Positions 28,227 through 36,180 are shown, counted from the stretch's first letter. The stretch is 64,000 nt of DNA from a virus (IMGVR_UViG_3300043446_003867:1-64000), one strand, 5' to 3'. Numbers and translations are program-made. Notes: generated by a model not told the origin, from the sequence alone.

Positions 28227-28814
28227 TCACTCGACAACTCGGCGTTCCTGCATCCACGTCCACAACGATGCGCCCCAAAAGGCGTAGCCCTCGGGGGTCG
28301 CGTGGATGCCGTCATTTTGGCGCGCGATCACGATGCGCGTGGAGTCGAAGGCGATCGGCGACAGCATAACGGCGCGCTGGACGGCGTGCCGGACGGGATA
28401 GCGGACGGGAAGCGTCGGAGGGCTGATCCACACGAGCACGGCGTCGGCGTGGTTCGCGGCGGCTTGAAGTTCGCTGATCCTGGCGTCGATGTTTGCCGCG
28501 TCGCCGACAACTGCGTCGTTGGTTCCGAGGCTGACGAGCACGAGCGAAGGCTTGGTGCGCGCAAGGAGATTGCGCAAGACGGCGGGCCAGTGGACGACGC
28601 GCGAGCCGCGAACGGCGACCGTCGTCCACTCGTAACCGGCTCGCTCGGCGATGCGTTGAAGATGGGGACCAAAGCCTTCGGCGTGCGAGTCGCCGATCAA
28701 TAGGATGCGCTCACCTCGACGAACGGCGGCGGCGTGGCAGTCAAACTCAAGTTCCGCGGAAGTTTTGCGAGAGGTCGACGCGAGTAGGGAGAGGGCGAGC
28801 AGAAGCGAGCGCAT
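28227..28814 (-). CDS. exported SGNH/GDSL hydrolase
   Basis: signal-like MRSLLLALSLLA; IGDSH, LGTND and DGIH blocks. Confidence 0.88.
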   Translation of the reverse strand: MRSLLLALSLLASTSRKTSAELEFDCHAAAVRRGERILLIGDSHAEGFGPHLQRIAERAGYEWTTVAVRGSRVVHWPAVLRNLLARTKPSLVLVSLGTNDAVVGDAANIDARISELQAAANHADAVLVWISPPTLPVRYPVRHAVQRAVMLSPIAFDSTRIVIARQNDGIHATPEGYAFWGASLWTWMQERRVVE

Positions 28815-28831
28815 CGCGCTACGCTGCACGC

Positions 28832-29551
28832 ATGACCGTCGACGAGCAAGTCATCGACGGGGGGCCATGGACCTGCGACGATGCGGGCACCTGCAAGCGC
28901 TTACTTTTCCGTATGTATTGGCAGCCGGTGGACGAGGCCGGCAACGTGGTGGAAAACGAGTGGGAGCACTCACAGGCGCGCGCGCGACGGGAGGCGATCG
29001 CGAAGCCGAAGCAGACCGAGAAGAGGCCCGAAGTGAAGATCGAACAGGTTGAGGAAGCGCACGCGGCACCCGCACACGAAACGCGCGCGCAAGTTCCCGA
29101 CGCACCGGCGGCGGCGCCGGTAGCACAGATCGCCGTTCCATCCCCTGCAACGGCGGCGCACGAGGTTGCAGGGCTGATGCCCGCTGGAGGGGCGGCGAAC
29201 GGCATCACAGTCGTTCTCGCCGCGATCGCCGTGCTCGGTGGTGGGGCTGGGTGGAAGTTCTATTCGCAATGGGCGAAGCAGAAGCACGAGGAACGGATGG
29301 CCGAGATCGAGCGCGGCGCGCGCGTCGACGACGATGGCAAGAAGCGTTGCGAGGGGCACGCACAAGAAAGTCGCGTGGCAGTCGCGAACGTCGACGCGAA
29401 GGTCGAAGCGTTGACTCAGCGCATCGCATCGCTGGAGGCGCGTAACTCGGACACGGCGGCAATCTCGTTTGGAGAGAACGTCGAGGACCGACTCGTGAAG
29501 ATTGAAAAGGCGTTGAAGGCTGCAAAGCGACGTGCGACGACGGCGCGATGA
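28832..29551 (+). CDS. membrane protein with one TM helix and coiled coil
   Basis: ITVVLAAIAVLGGGAGW TM segment; possible lysis accessory. Confidence 0.6.
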   Translation: MTVDEQVIDGGPWTCDDAGTCKRLLFRMYWQPVDEAGNVVENEWEHSQARARREAIAKPKQTEKRPEVKIEQVEEAHAAPAHETRAQVPDAPAAAPVAQIAVPSPATAAHEVAGLMPAGGAANGITVVLAAIAVLGGGAGWKFYSQWAKQKHEERMAEIERGARVDDDGKKRCEGHAQESRVAVANVDAKVEALTQRIASLEARNSDTAAISFGENVEDRLVKIEKALKAAKRRATTAR

Positions 29552-30459
29552 CTCGCGAGCGCCTGCTGACGATTGCACTGGTGATCGGCGCCGTCGCTCT
29601 GGGCGGCGCCGTTTGGTTTCAGCGTCGAGAGATCCGCCGGCTCCGCGCCGACGTCGAGCAGAAGGACGGAGAGATTCGGCGTCTCGGTGCCGGCATCGTC
29701 GTCGTGCGCGAAGTGAAGGGCGATCCGGCGACGGTGCTCGTGGCCGCGGAGCGCGCTGGGTTCGATGTTGCCACGCTCAGGGCAGACTTGGATGATCACG
29801 GAATGGTGCTCAGGGGGGTCTTAAACGCGTCCGCGAGCACGCAAGGTGGCGTGACCCCACCACACGAAGGAAAGCCCCTCGGCGGGTCGGCTACGGGCTC
29901 GCAAACGAGCATCGAGGAACGCGCGGGTGACGGCGTCGTGCCGTGGGGCCGAGCGGTGTACGATCCTGCGCAGGCGAAACCGTGGACGGTGGAGCAGTAC
30001 CCGAGGACGTACTCCGCGGGCGTCGCGCTCGCGGAGCGGGAAGACGGATCGCAGTTCGCTTACGTGACGATGGGGATCGAGTCGCAGGGCTCGCGCGTGA
30101 AGCTGGAGCCCTCGGCTGTTGAGCTGACGACGACGCCGGAGCCCTCGCGCTGGCGATGGGGCGCGTGGCCGTTGCTGACGCTAGACGCCGGTTTACGGGC
30201 AGGTTCGTTCGAGTGGTTTCCGGGCGTGGCAGTCGCGTTCGCGACGCGAGGAACGCGCGCTGGAGCGCCGGAATGGACCTTCCTCGCGGCGGGGCTCGCG
30301 TACGGAATCGAAGGGCGCCGCGCGGCGTTGTCGTTCGCGCCGGTGAGTTACACGCTCCGCGATCTTCTCCCGGTACGAAGCACGAGCGTCGGCCCGGCAA
30401 TCTTCGTCGACGAACGCGCGGAACTCACGTACGCGGTCGGCTTGCGCGTGGTTTTCTGA
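29548..30459 (+). CDS. N-anchored envelope protein with beta-rich C-terminus
   Basis: N-terminal TM helix, coiled coil, amphipathic strands, ends YAVGLRVVF. Confidence 0.6.
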   Translation: MTRERLLTIALVIGAVALGGAVWFQRREIRRLRADVEQKDGEIRRLGAGIVVVREVKGDPATVLVAAERAGFDVATLRADLDDHGMVLRGVLNASASTQGGVTPPHEGKPLGGSATGSQTSIEERAGDGVVPWGRAVYDPAQAKPWTVEQYPRTYSAGVALAEREDGSQFAYVTMGIESQGSRVKLEPSAVELTTTPEPSRWRWGAWPLLTLDAGLRAGSFEWFPGVAVAFATRGTRAGAPEWTFLAAGLAYGIEGRRAALSFAPVSYTLRDLLPVRSTSVGPAIFVDERAELTYAVGLRVVF

Positions 30460-30474
30460 GAGGATTCGCGCGAG

Positions 30475-30582
30475 AAAAAAAAAAACGACACGGTGTGTCG
30501 ATTCTCACTGGCGCGGTTTTGGGTTTTGGTTTACGGTGACTGTGTTGGGTCAATGAGCCCACAAGGAGAGAGGCAGAAGACA
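30475..30582 (+). promoter_or_regulatory. module 4
   Basis: A11 + CGACAC/GTGTCG hairpin; TGGCGC 30509, 17 bp, TACGGT 30532. Confidence 0.8.
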
Positions 30583-30876
30583 ATGGCGATGTTCAAAGTT
30601 CTCTACGCGAAGAAAATCGATCTTCCTCGTCGGGCGCCCGTCGTTTTTGACTCGTGGTTCGATACCATCGGCGACGTCGAGGCGAATTCCACCGAAGGCG
30701 TGTTCGAGTACATGAACACCGAAGGGCCTAGCAAGTTCAACGTGCGATCGATGATGGTCGGCGACGTCGTGATCGCTGACGATGGCGCGTGGCGTTGCGA
30801 GCCGGCTGGTTGGTGTCTGGTCGATATCCTGAGCACCGCCGAGCTGATTCCTCGGTTCGTAGGAAAAACCGCCTGA
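30583..30876 (+). CDS. cassette 4 ORF (YodL-like motif)
   Basis: VFEYMN...RSMMVGDVV...W. Confidence 0.7.
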   Translation: MAMFKVLYAKKIDLPRRAPVVFDSWFDTIGDVEANSTEGVFEYMNTEGPSKFNVRSMMVGDVVIADDGAWRCEPAGWCLVDILSTAELIPRFVGKTA

Positions 30877-30899
30877 TCGGCGCGTCGGGATTCTCAGAG

Positions 30900-31000
30900 A
30901 AAAAAAAACGAACCCGCGTCGATTTCGACTGGCGCGGGTTCGGGTTTCGGTTTATGGTCTGCATGTGGGTTCGATGAGCCCCAAGGAAAGGCAGAAGACG
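30900..31000 (+). promoter_or_regulatory. module 5
   Basis: TGGCGC 30930, 17 bp, TATGGT 30953. Confidence 0.8.
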
Positions 31001-31153
31001 ATGAAGATCAGCAAAGCAGAACTCGCCGTTGTCCGTAAGATCGCCGCCGCCATGAAGGCGAAAGACGCGGTGGCGGCTGAGAAGCTGCTCCGGTCGCTTC
31101 GCCCCGAGATCCTGCCGGAACTGGCGGCGGTGATCCGGGAAATGATGGCGTGA
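31001..31153 (+). CDS. cassette 5 ORF a, 50 aa
   Basis: ATG after the module. Confidence 0.7.
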   Translation: MKISKAELAVVRKIAAAMKAKDAVAAEKLLRSLRPEILPELAAVIREMMA

Positions 31154-31178
31154 ATTGCTCAACGAAAGGGAGACGAAA

Positions 31179-31400
31179 ATGGCTCGTGATCTTGCAGTCG
31201 AGTTTGGTTCCTTCGCTGACGTGTGTGTGATCGTTCGCGCGTACAGCGATGCTGGGCGTCGCTTTCTGGCGCAGATGGCGGGTGTCGCGGCGGAGTACTA
31301 CGCGCCCGTCGAGTCGATCGAATTGCGCAAGAGCGCGGCGCAGGACGTGTGGAATCGCGCGGTCGATGCCGGCTTGGTGATCGATTGCGTCGCGCGCTGA
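31179..31400 (+). CDS. cassette 5 ORF b
   Basis: SD AGGGAG. Confidence 0.6.
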   Translation: MARDLAVEFGSFADVCVIVRAYSDAGRRFLAQMAGVAAEYYAPVESIELRKSAAQDVWNRAVDAGLVIDCVAR

Positions 31401-31409
31401 CGGCGCGGG

Positions 31410-31522
31410 TGAGGCGGCGAAAAAAAAGACGCCGCCTCATTTTTTGACTAGCGCGGGTTCGGGTTTCGGTTTATGGTAGCTGCGTTGGGTCAATGAGCCC
31501 ACGAAGAGAAAGGCAGACGACG
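31410..31522 (+). promoter_or_regulatory. module 6
   Basis: TGAGGCGGCG-A-rich loop-CGCCGCCTCA + T6; TAGCGC 31449, 17 bp, TATGGT 31472. Confidence 0.8.
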
Positions 31523-31705
31523 ATGAGCGAGCGCGAAATCAAGATGCTGGCTGTGATCGAAGCGGCGAAGGAACTGGCCGAGGCGCACCATGAGGCGTTC
31601 CTCGCCGCGCCGTCGCGAGAGAACCGCGACAAGGCGCGGAAGGCGTCGTACGCGGTCCTTGACTGGATCGCTCGATACCGCGCGGAGTTCCTTTCCCGCG
31701 GTTGA
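31523..31705 (+). CDS. cassette 6 ORF, 60 aa
   Basis: ATG after the module. Confidence 0.7.
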   Translation: MSEREIKMLAVIEAAKELAEAHHEAFLAAPSRENRDKARKASYAVLDWIARYRAEFLSRG

Positions 31706-31711
31706 GCGGTG

Positions 31712-31817
31712 AAAAAAAAAAACGAGTGGCGTCGTTTTTTGACTGGCGCGGTTTTGGGTTTAGGGTTACGGTAGCTGTGTTGGGTCAATGAGCCCACGAA
31801 GAGAAAGGCAGACGACA
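31712..31817 (+). promoter_or_regulatory. module 7
   Basis: TGGCGC 31744, 17 bp, TACGGT 31767. Confidence 0.8.
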
Positions 31818-32153
31818 ATGGCGTACATCAATAGCGAGAAGGTTGCGCAGATCCGGGCGTCGCTGAAGAAGGCGCTTCCTGAGTACAAGTTTTCCGTCCG
31901 GAAGAACTCGGGGAACCACGGTGTGACCGTGTCGATCATGGCGGGGCCGAAGCGGTTCGCAGCAGCGGATCACTCGCAGCTGAATCACTACCGCATCGAG
32001 TGGTACGAAAACGCAGACGTGCTCGAAAAGATCGTGGATATCGCGAACGACGGCAACCACGACAACTCGGAACCGCAGTTCGACTACTTCGACGTTGGCT
32101 GGTACATTCACCTGGAGCAAGGGCGCTGGAACCAGCCCTACGTCATGCAGTGA
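31818..32153 (+). CDS. cassette 7 ORF, LPD29-like
   Basis: IRASLKKALPEYKFSVR...VSIMAGP resembles large-polyvalent-protein-associated domains. Confidence 0.55.
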   Translation: MAYINSEKVAQIRASLKKALPEYKFSVRKNSGNHGVTVSIMAGPKRFAAADHSQLNHYRIEWYENADVLEKIVDIANDGNHDNSEPQFDYFDVGWYIHLEQGRWNQPYVMQ

Positions 32154-32158
32154 CGGTG

Positions 32159-32270
32159 AAGATCCCCCCTCGAAAAAAGCGATGGGGGATCTTTTTTTGC
32201 TGGTTCGGTTTCGGGTTTGGGTTTATGGTCTGCTCATCGGTGAACGACGCCGACAACGAGGAGAAAGAAA
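32159..32270 (+). promoter_or_regulatory. module 8
   Basis: A-loop hairpin + T7; TGGTTC 32201, 17 bp, TATGGT 32224; SD GAGGAG. Confidence 0.8.
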
Positions 32271-32534
32271 ATGGCTCACGCAATCGAATCCTTCGCCGCT
32301 GAATCCGTCGCTGCCAAGCGTCCCGCGCAGTTGCGCGACAGCAACAACAAGCAGTTCATCGCGACCCGCTTCGACCGCATGTGCCAGTGCGGGCATCCCG
32401 CGAGCGTTCACTCGGCGAAGCAGATCGTGGTCGAGGGGCGCAAGATGCGTGAGTGCTTCTGTGCGGACTTCGATGAGTCGGTGGAGCCCTGCGAATGCGA
32501 ACTCTTCAAGGCTGCGAAGAAGAAGGCGGCGTGA
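32271..32534 (+). CDS. cassette 8 ORF, Cys/His-rich
   Basis: CQCGH...H...C...CEC. Confidence 0.75.
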   Translation: MAHAIESFAAESVAAKRPAQLRDSNNKQFIATRFDRMCQCGHPASVHSAKQIVVEGRKMRECFCADFDESVEPCECELFKAAKKKAA

Positions 32535-32539
32535 TCGGG

Positions 32540-32649
32540 AAGCCCTCTCGAAAAAAAGCGAGGGGGCTCTTTTTTTACTGGCGAGGGTTCGGGTTTCGGG
32601 TTACGTTCTGCTCATCGATCAAGGGATCGACAACGAGAAGGAGACGACA
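32540..32649 (+). promoter_or_regulatory. module 9
   Basis: A-loop hairpin + T7; TGGCGA 32579, 17 bp, TACGTT 32602; hairpin TCGATC-AAGG-GATCGA. Confidence 0.8.
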
Positions 32650-32943
32650 ATGAACGCGATGGTGACCATCCAACAGCTCTGCGGCGGCAACGGCAACCGG
32701 CTCGTGGCGATGATCGGCGCGCACTCGTTCTTGGCGGGGAAGAACGAACTCCACTTCCAATTCAAGGGATCCCGCGCGGCGAATCGGGTGAAGATCGAAC
32801 TCAACGCGTTCGATCTCTACGATGTTACTTTCTTCGCGGGCCGTGGCGTCAACGTGCGCGAGGTGGAGCGGATCTCGAATGTTCCCGCTGAGAATCTTCG
32901 GCGCGTGTTCGTCGGTTTCACTGGACTCGACGTTTCGCTCTGA
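32650..32943 (+). CDS. cassette 9 ORF, phage hypothetical
   Basis: QL.GG..R..AM.GA...DLY.V.F...TGL pattern; SD AAGGAG. Confidence 0.75.
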   Translation: MNAMVTIQQLCGGNGNRLVAMIGAHSFLAGKNELHFQFKGSRAANRVKIELNAFDLYDVTFFAGRGVNVREVERISNVPAENLRRVFVGFTGLDVSL

Positions 32944-32963
32944 TCCGAGGGGATCGGGGGTGG

Positions 32964-33066
32964 AAAAAAAAAACGAACCCACGTCGATTTCGACTGGCGT
33001 GGGTTCGGGTTTCGGTTTATGGTCTGCTCATCGGTCAACGGGCCGACAACGAAAAGGCAGAAGACA
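32964..33066 (+). promoter_or_regulatory. module 10
   Basis: TGGCGT 32995, 17 bp, TATGGT 33018. Confidence 0.8.
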
Positions 33067-33258
33067 ATGAAGATCGAACAGATTCCCGCGGAGATGAAGA
33101 AGGCGATCGCGAAGGACATGGCGGCGATTCGTGAGGCGTTCGAACTGGCGGAGGCGAGCTACGACGCGGAGCTGATGGCTCGCGCGGTGCGCGCGTACGG
33201 TCGGCTGTGCGACATGTGCGCGGAGTTCGGTCTGCCCTGCCCCGCTGTCATTTGCTGA
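33067..33258 (+). CDS. cassette 10 ORF a
   Basis: ATG after the module. Confidence 0.7.
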   Translation: MKIEQIPAEMKKAIAKDMAAIREAFELAEASYDAELMARAVRAYGRLCDMCAEFGLPCPAVIC

Positions 33259-33270
33259 AGGAGAACTGAC

Positions 33271-33462
33271 ATGAGACTGCCAAACGTCATCGCACTTTCG
33301 ACTGTTGCAGATCTGCTGGACGCGTCTCGCTCGCGCCTCTCTTTCGAGGCGGTCAACGAGCTGGAGTGTCTTCCCGAGGCGTGGACTGTTCGCAAGGCGT
33401 GGTCCTCGTTGTCGCGCGATACGCGTGCAGCGATCCGCGCGTCGCAGGTAGTCGCGGGCTGA
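33271..33462 (+). CDS. cassette 10 ORF b
   Basis: SD AAGGAG. Confidence 0.7.
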   Translation: MRLPNVIALSTVADLLDASRSRLSFEAVNELECLPEAWTVRKAWSSLSRDTRAAIRASQVVAG

Positions 33463-33468
33463 TGCTGG

Positions 33469-33577
33469 AAGCCCTCTCGAAAAAACGAGGGGGCTCTTTT
33501 TTTTACTGGCGTGGTTTTGGGTTTCGGGTTACGTTCTGCATGTGGGTTCGATGAGCCCCAAGGAAAGGCAGAGAACG
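33469..33577 (+). promoter_or_regulatory. module 11
   Basis: A-loop hairpin + T8; TGGCGT 33507, 17 bp, TACGTT 33530. Confidence 0.8.
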
Positions 33578-33955
33578 ATGAACGCTCACGAGATCAAGAT
33601 CGCCGAGGAAGCTTACGAGGGTGCGGGCGTGGAGGCGGCGCTGGTTGTGGCGCGCGGTGCGCTGCGTAGCGCGCGCGTCGCGGGTAAAGCGGCGAAGTCG
33701 GCGGCGGAACACGAGGTCGCGGCGCTGGCGTACAAGCGCGCGGTCGAAGCGATCGAAGCGGCGCGCGCGGCGATGTGGAGGGCGCTTTACGGGTGGTGTG
33801 TCGCGGTCGACGAATTGGAGCGCGCGGACGCGAACGATCGCGCGCGGCGGAGCCCCTACGCGGCGCTTGAGGCTGGCTTGGAGGCGGGGCTGAAGGAAGC
33901 GAACGAAGCGAACGGGATGCACGCGCTGGCGTACGTGCGCGCGATGCGTGCGTGA
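33578..33955 (+). CDS. cassette 11 ORF, helical; paralog of the cassette 12 ORF
   Basis: ATG after the module; alignable to 34071..34475. Confidence 0.75.
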   Translation: MNAHEIKIAEEAYEGAGVEAALVVARGALRSARVAGKAAKSAAEHEVAALAYKRAVEAIEAARAAMWRALYGWCVAVDELERADANDRARRSPYAALEAGLEAGLKEANEANGMHALAYVRAMRA

Positions 33956-33960
33956 TCGCG

Positions 33961-34070
33961 GATCCTCCTCTCTCGAAAACGCGAGGGGGGGATCGTTTTC
34001 TACTGGTTCGGTTACAGGTTTTGGGTTATGCTCATCGCGGTGGGTCGATGAACCCGAAAATGGAAAGGAA
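33961..34070 (+). promoter_or_regulatory. module 12 (diverged)
   Basis: hairpin + T4; TGGTTC 34004, 17 bp, TATGCT 34027. Confidence 0.75.
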
Positions 34071-34475
34071 ATGGCTATGAAAGACGCAATCGCGATCCGG
34101 ATTGAACAGCGTGAGGCGGAGCTTGCCGCGTCGGCGTATCGCGCGGCGAACGTTGAGGAGATGCTTCGTGTTTCGCGCGAGAAGCTGCTCGAAGCGCGTC
34201 GCCTTGGAGACGTCGCAGATGGCGAGGAGAACTACGAAGCGTATGGTGCGGCGGCGCTCGCATACGACGAGGCGGCAGTGGCTATCGGGAAGGCGCGCCG
34301 TGCGCTCGGTGGGGCATACGTGAGCTGGAGCGATGCAGTCGCGAAGTGGGAACGCCCGGACGCGTACGACTTCGCGCCGCGGAATCCTTACGAGAAGATC
34401 GAAGCGGTACTTGAGGAGGAGCGGGAAGAAGTGAACGCAGGGCGGCGACTCTACTCGCTTCTGGCGATGTTCTGA
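34071..34475 (+). CDS. cassette 12 ORF, helical
   Basis: ATG after the module. Confidence 0.75.
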   Translation: MAMKDAIAIRIEQREAELAASAYRAANVEEMLRVSREKLLEARRLGDVADGEENYEAYGAAALAYDEAAVAIGKARRALGGAYVSWSDAVAKWERPDAYDFAPRNPYEKIEAVLEEEREEVNAGRRLYSLLAMF

Positions 34476-34487
34476 GAATCCTGGCCG

Positions 34488-34605
34488 GATCCTCTCATCG
34501 AAAAAAAAAAGCGATGAGGGGATCTTTTTTTGCTGGTTCGGTTTCGGGTTTGGGTTTATGGTCTGCTCATCGGTCAACGGGCCGACAACGGGAAGGCAGA
34601 AGAAG
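34488..34605 (+). promoter_or_regulatory. module 13
   Basis: A10-loop hairpin + T7; TGGTTC 34534, 17 bp, TATGGT 34557. Confidence 0.8.
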
Positions 34606-34806
34606 ATGAGCGCATTCGGGAAGGGTCAGATCGTCGTCGCGAAGTCGGCAGCGCAGGGGCTCGTGAAGGGTCGGAAGTACGTGGTGCTGGCTGTCCTGAA
34701 CACCGTCGGCGGCTGGTATCTCTACGAGGTGCACGGGGTGGAGGGATCGAACAACTCGGTCCTCCGGATCGCCAACGCGCAGTTCGTCTTTTCTGAGGTG
34801 AAGTGA
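34606..34806 (+). CDS. cassette 13 ORF, SH3-like beta protein
   Basis: ATG after the module; F.KGQIV...L.KGRKY.V pattern. Confidence 0.7.
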   Translation: MSAFGKGQIVVAKSAAQGLVKGRKYVVLAVLNTVGGWYLYEVHGVEGSNNSVLRIANAQFVFSEVK

Positions 34807-34814
34807 TCGGGCGG

Positions 34815-34922
34815 GAACGCCTCGCGAGTGGATCGCGGGGCGTTCTTTTTCGCTTGATAGGTTTCGGGTTTCGGGTTATGGTTTCCGTATCGGACAAGGT
34901 TCCGACAACGAGGAGATGAGCG
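34815..34922 (+). promoter_or_regulatory. module 14 with canonical terminator
   Basis: GAACGCCTCGCGA/TCGCGGGGCGTTC + T5; TTGATA 34854, 17 bp, TATGGT 34877; SD GAGGAG. Confidence 0.85.
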
Positions 34923-35033
34923 ATGAACAACGAGGAAGTGCTTGAGGCGAACGCGGGCGAGATCGAGGCGGACGAGCGGCGCGCGGAGGAGATCGACGAC
35001 GCGGAGTGTTACGGCGCGGAGCATTGGGGCTGA
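34923..35033 (+). CDS. cassette 14 ORF, 36-aa acidic peptide (not in ORF track)
   Basis: MNNEEVLEANAGEIEADERRAEEIDDAECYGAEHWG, correctly spaced from the SD. Confidence 0.7.
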   Translation: MNNEEVLEANAGEIEADERRAEEIDDAECYGAEHWG

Positions 35034-35040
35034 ACGGCGC

Positions 35041-35069
35041 AAAAAAGCCCGCGGAGGGTATCCGCGGGC
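35041..35069 (-). terminator. terminator for the endolysin
   Basis: GCCCGCGGA/TCCGCGGGC stem preceded by A6 (T6 on the minus strand). Confidence 0.75.
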
Positions 35070-35090
35070 GTCGTTGCATTGTGGGTCAGG

Positions 35091-35552
35091 TCAAACGGGC
35101 TTCATCCACAGGTCGCCTTCGGCTTTGCGGCGCTTGGTGAGGCCGGGGAGGGCTTGGAGCTTTCCGCCGACGGTGGCCTTGTCCCACATGGCGAGACCGG
35201 CGGGAACCAGCTCCGGCTTACCGGCGCGGAGGTTTTTCATCGCGGTGGAGTCATTGAGCGGGCCGGAGCCGACGTTGTAAGTCCAGCTGACGAGGGCATC
35301 GAACTGGTTCTGATTGAGCGGCGGAAGGTTCGCGCGATGGATCGCCTTCTCGAAGCGAACGAGGTCTTTCGCGAGCAGTTCGCTGGCCTGGGCTTCGGTC
35401 AGCTCGGTAAACGTCTCGCCCTTCTCGACAACGTGGCCGTAGCCGATGGTCGGCTTACCGGCGGGGCAGAGGTAGACTTTCGGGACGAAGCCTTCGCAGT
35501 CTTTGATCAGCTTGAGGCCAGCGGCGCCGGTTTTGAGATGTTCGTTGCTCAT
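35091..35552 (-). CDS. endolysin, GH24 lysozyme
   Basis: EG...YLCPAGKPTIGYGH, NQNQFDALVS.TYNVG and GLTKRRKAE motifs. Confidence 0.95.
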   Translation of the reverse strand: MSNEHLKTGAAGLKLIKDCEGFVPKVYLCPAGKPTIGYGHVVEKGETFTELTEAQASELLAKDLVRFEKAIHRANLPPLNQNQFDALVSWTYNVGSGPLNDSTAMKNLRAGKPELVPAGLAMWDKATVGGKLQALPGLTKRRKAEGDLWMKPV

Positions 35553-35763
35553 GGTCGAATTTCCTCCGGGAAAAGCCAGGGTAACGAAAAAAAGTGATCA
35601 GGCGAGACAAAAACGGACGCGGAGCGCGTCATGGGGGAAGTCGTATCCCGAAGGGAACGGATGGGGGTGAGGAGCCGGGAGGGAAAGGACGGCAGGAAGC
35701 GTCGCCCAGTTGGGTACTGGGGAGGCAGAAAAGGGCTTGATGATAACTAGCCGTTAATACCGA

Positions 35764-36180
35764 GTGGCGCGCGAGGCAGGGACCGTGGAGAGAGCGAAGA
35801 CGGGAAAGAAACGACGGGTGACGCGGACTCGACGGCAGTTGAGTGTGGGGGAGCGGTTCGGCGCGTTGGTTGTGGAGACGGTACGCCCGACGACGTTTCG
35901 ATGTGACTGCGGGAAGGTCGTCGAGAAGCGGATGCCGTATGCGGTCTACACGAGCAAGCATCCTAGCTGCGGGTGTAAGCGAGTCGCGTACAAGAGCGAG
36001 AAGCGAACGAACTCGCCGAACTACGAGCTAGTCGGCTTGGCGAATGACGCAGACAAGGTCACGTACATGCGCTGGCGGGTGAGGTGTAGGAAGTGCGGAG
36101 CGGAACTCACTGTCTCGAATGGTCAGCTCTTGGTCAGTAGGAAGAACCGCTACGGGTGTCGAATCTGCCTCATGGGGTAG
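35764..36180 (+). CDS. basic double Zn-finger protein
   Basis: GERFGALVV...CDCG...SCGC and CRKCG...CRIC; no HNH core seen. Confidence 0.6.
   Translation: MAREAGTVERAKTGKKRRVTRTRRQLSVGERFGALVVETVRPTTFRCDCGKVVEKRMPYAVYTSKHPSCGCKRVAYKSEKRTNSPNYELVGLANDADKVTYMRWRVRCRKCGAELTVSNGQLLVSRKNRYGCRICLMG

Noticed and set aside
26980-31749. TTGACT in modules 3, 6 and 7 as the -35 box, or CTGGCGCG as a sigma54 -24 box
   Set aside because: TTGACT lies 22 bp from the -10 and is not conserved; the sigma54 -12 GC is missing; the 17-bp register fits all 17 copies.
31750-31768. Telomere-like TTTAGGG / GGGTTT repeats
   Set aside because: Only three units, embedded in the promoter spacer.
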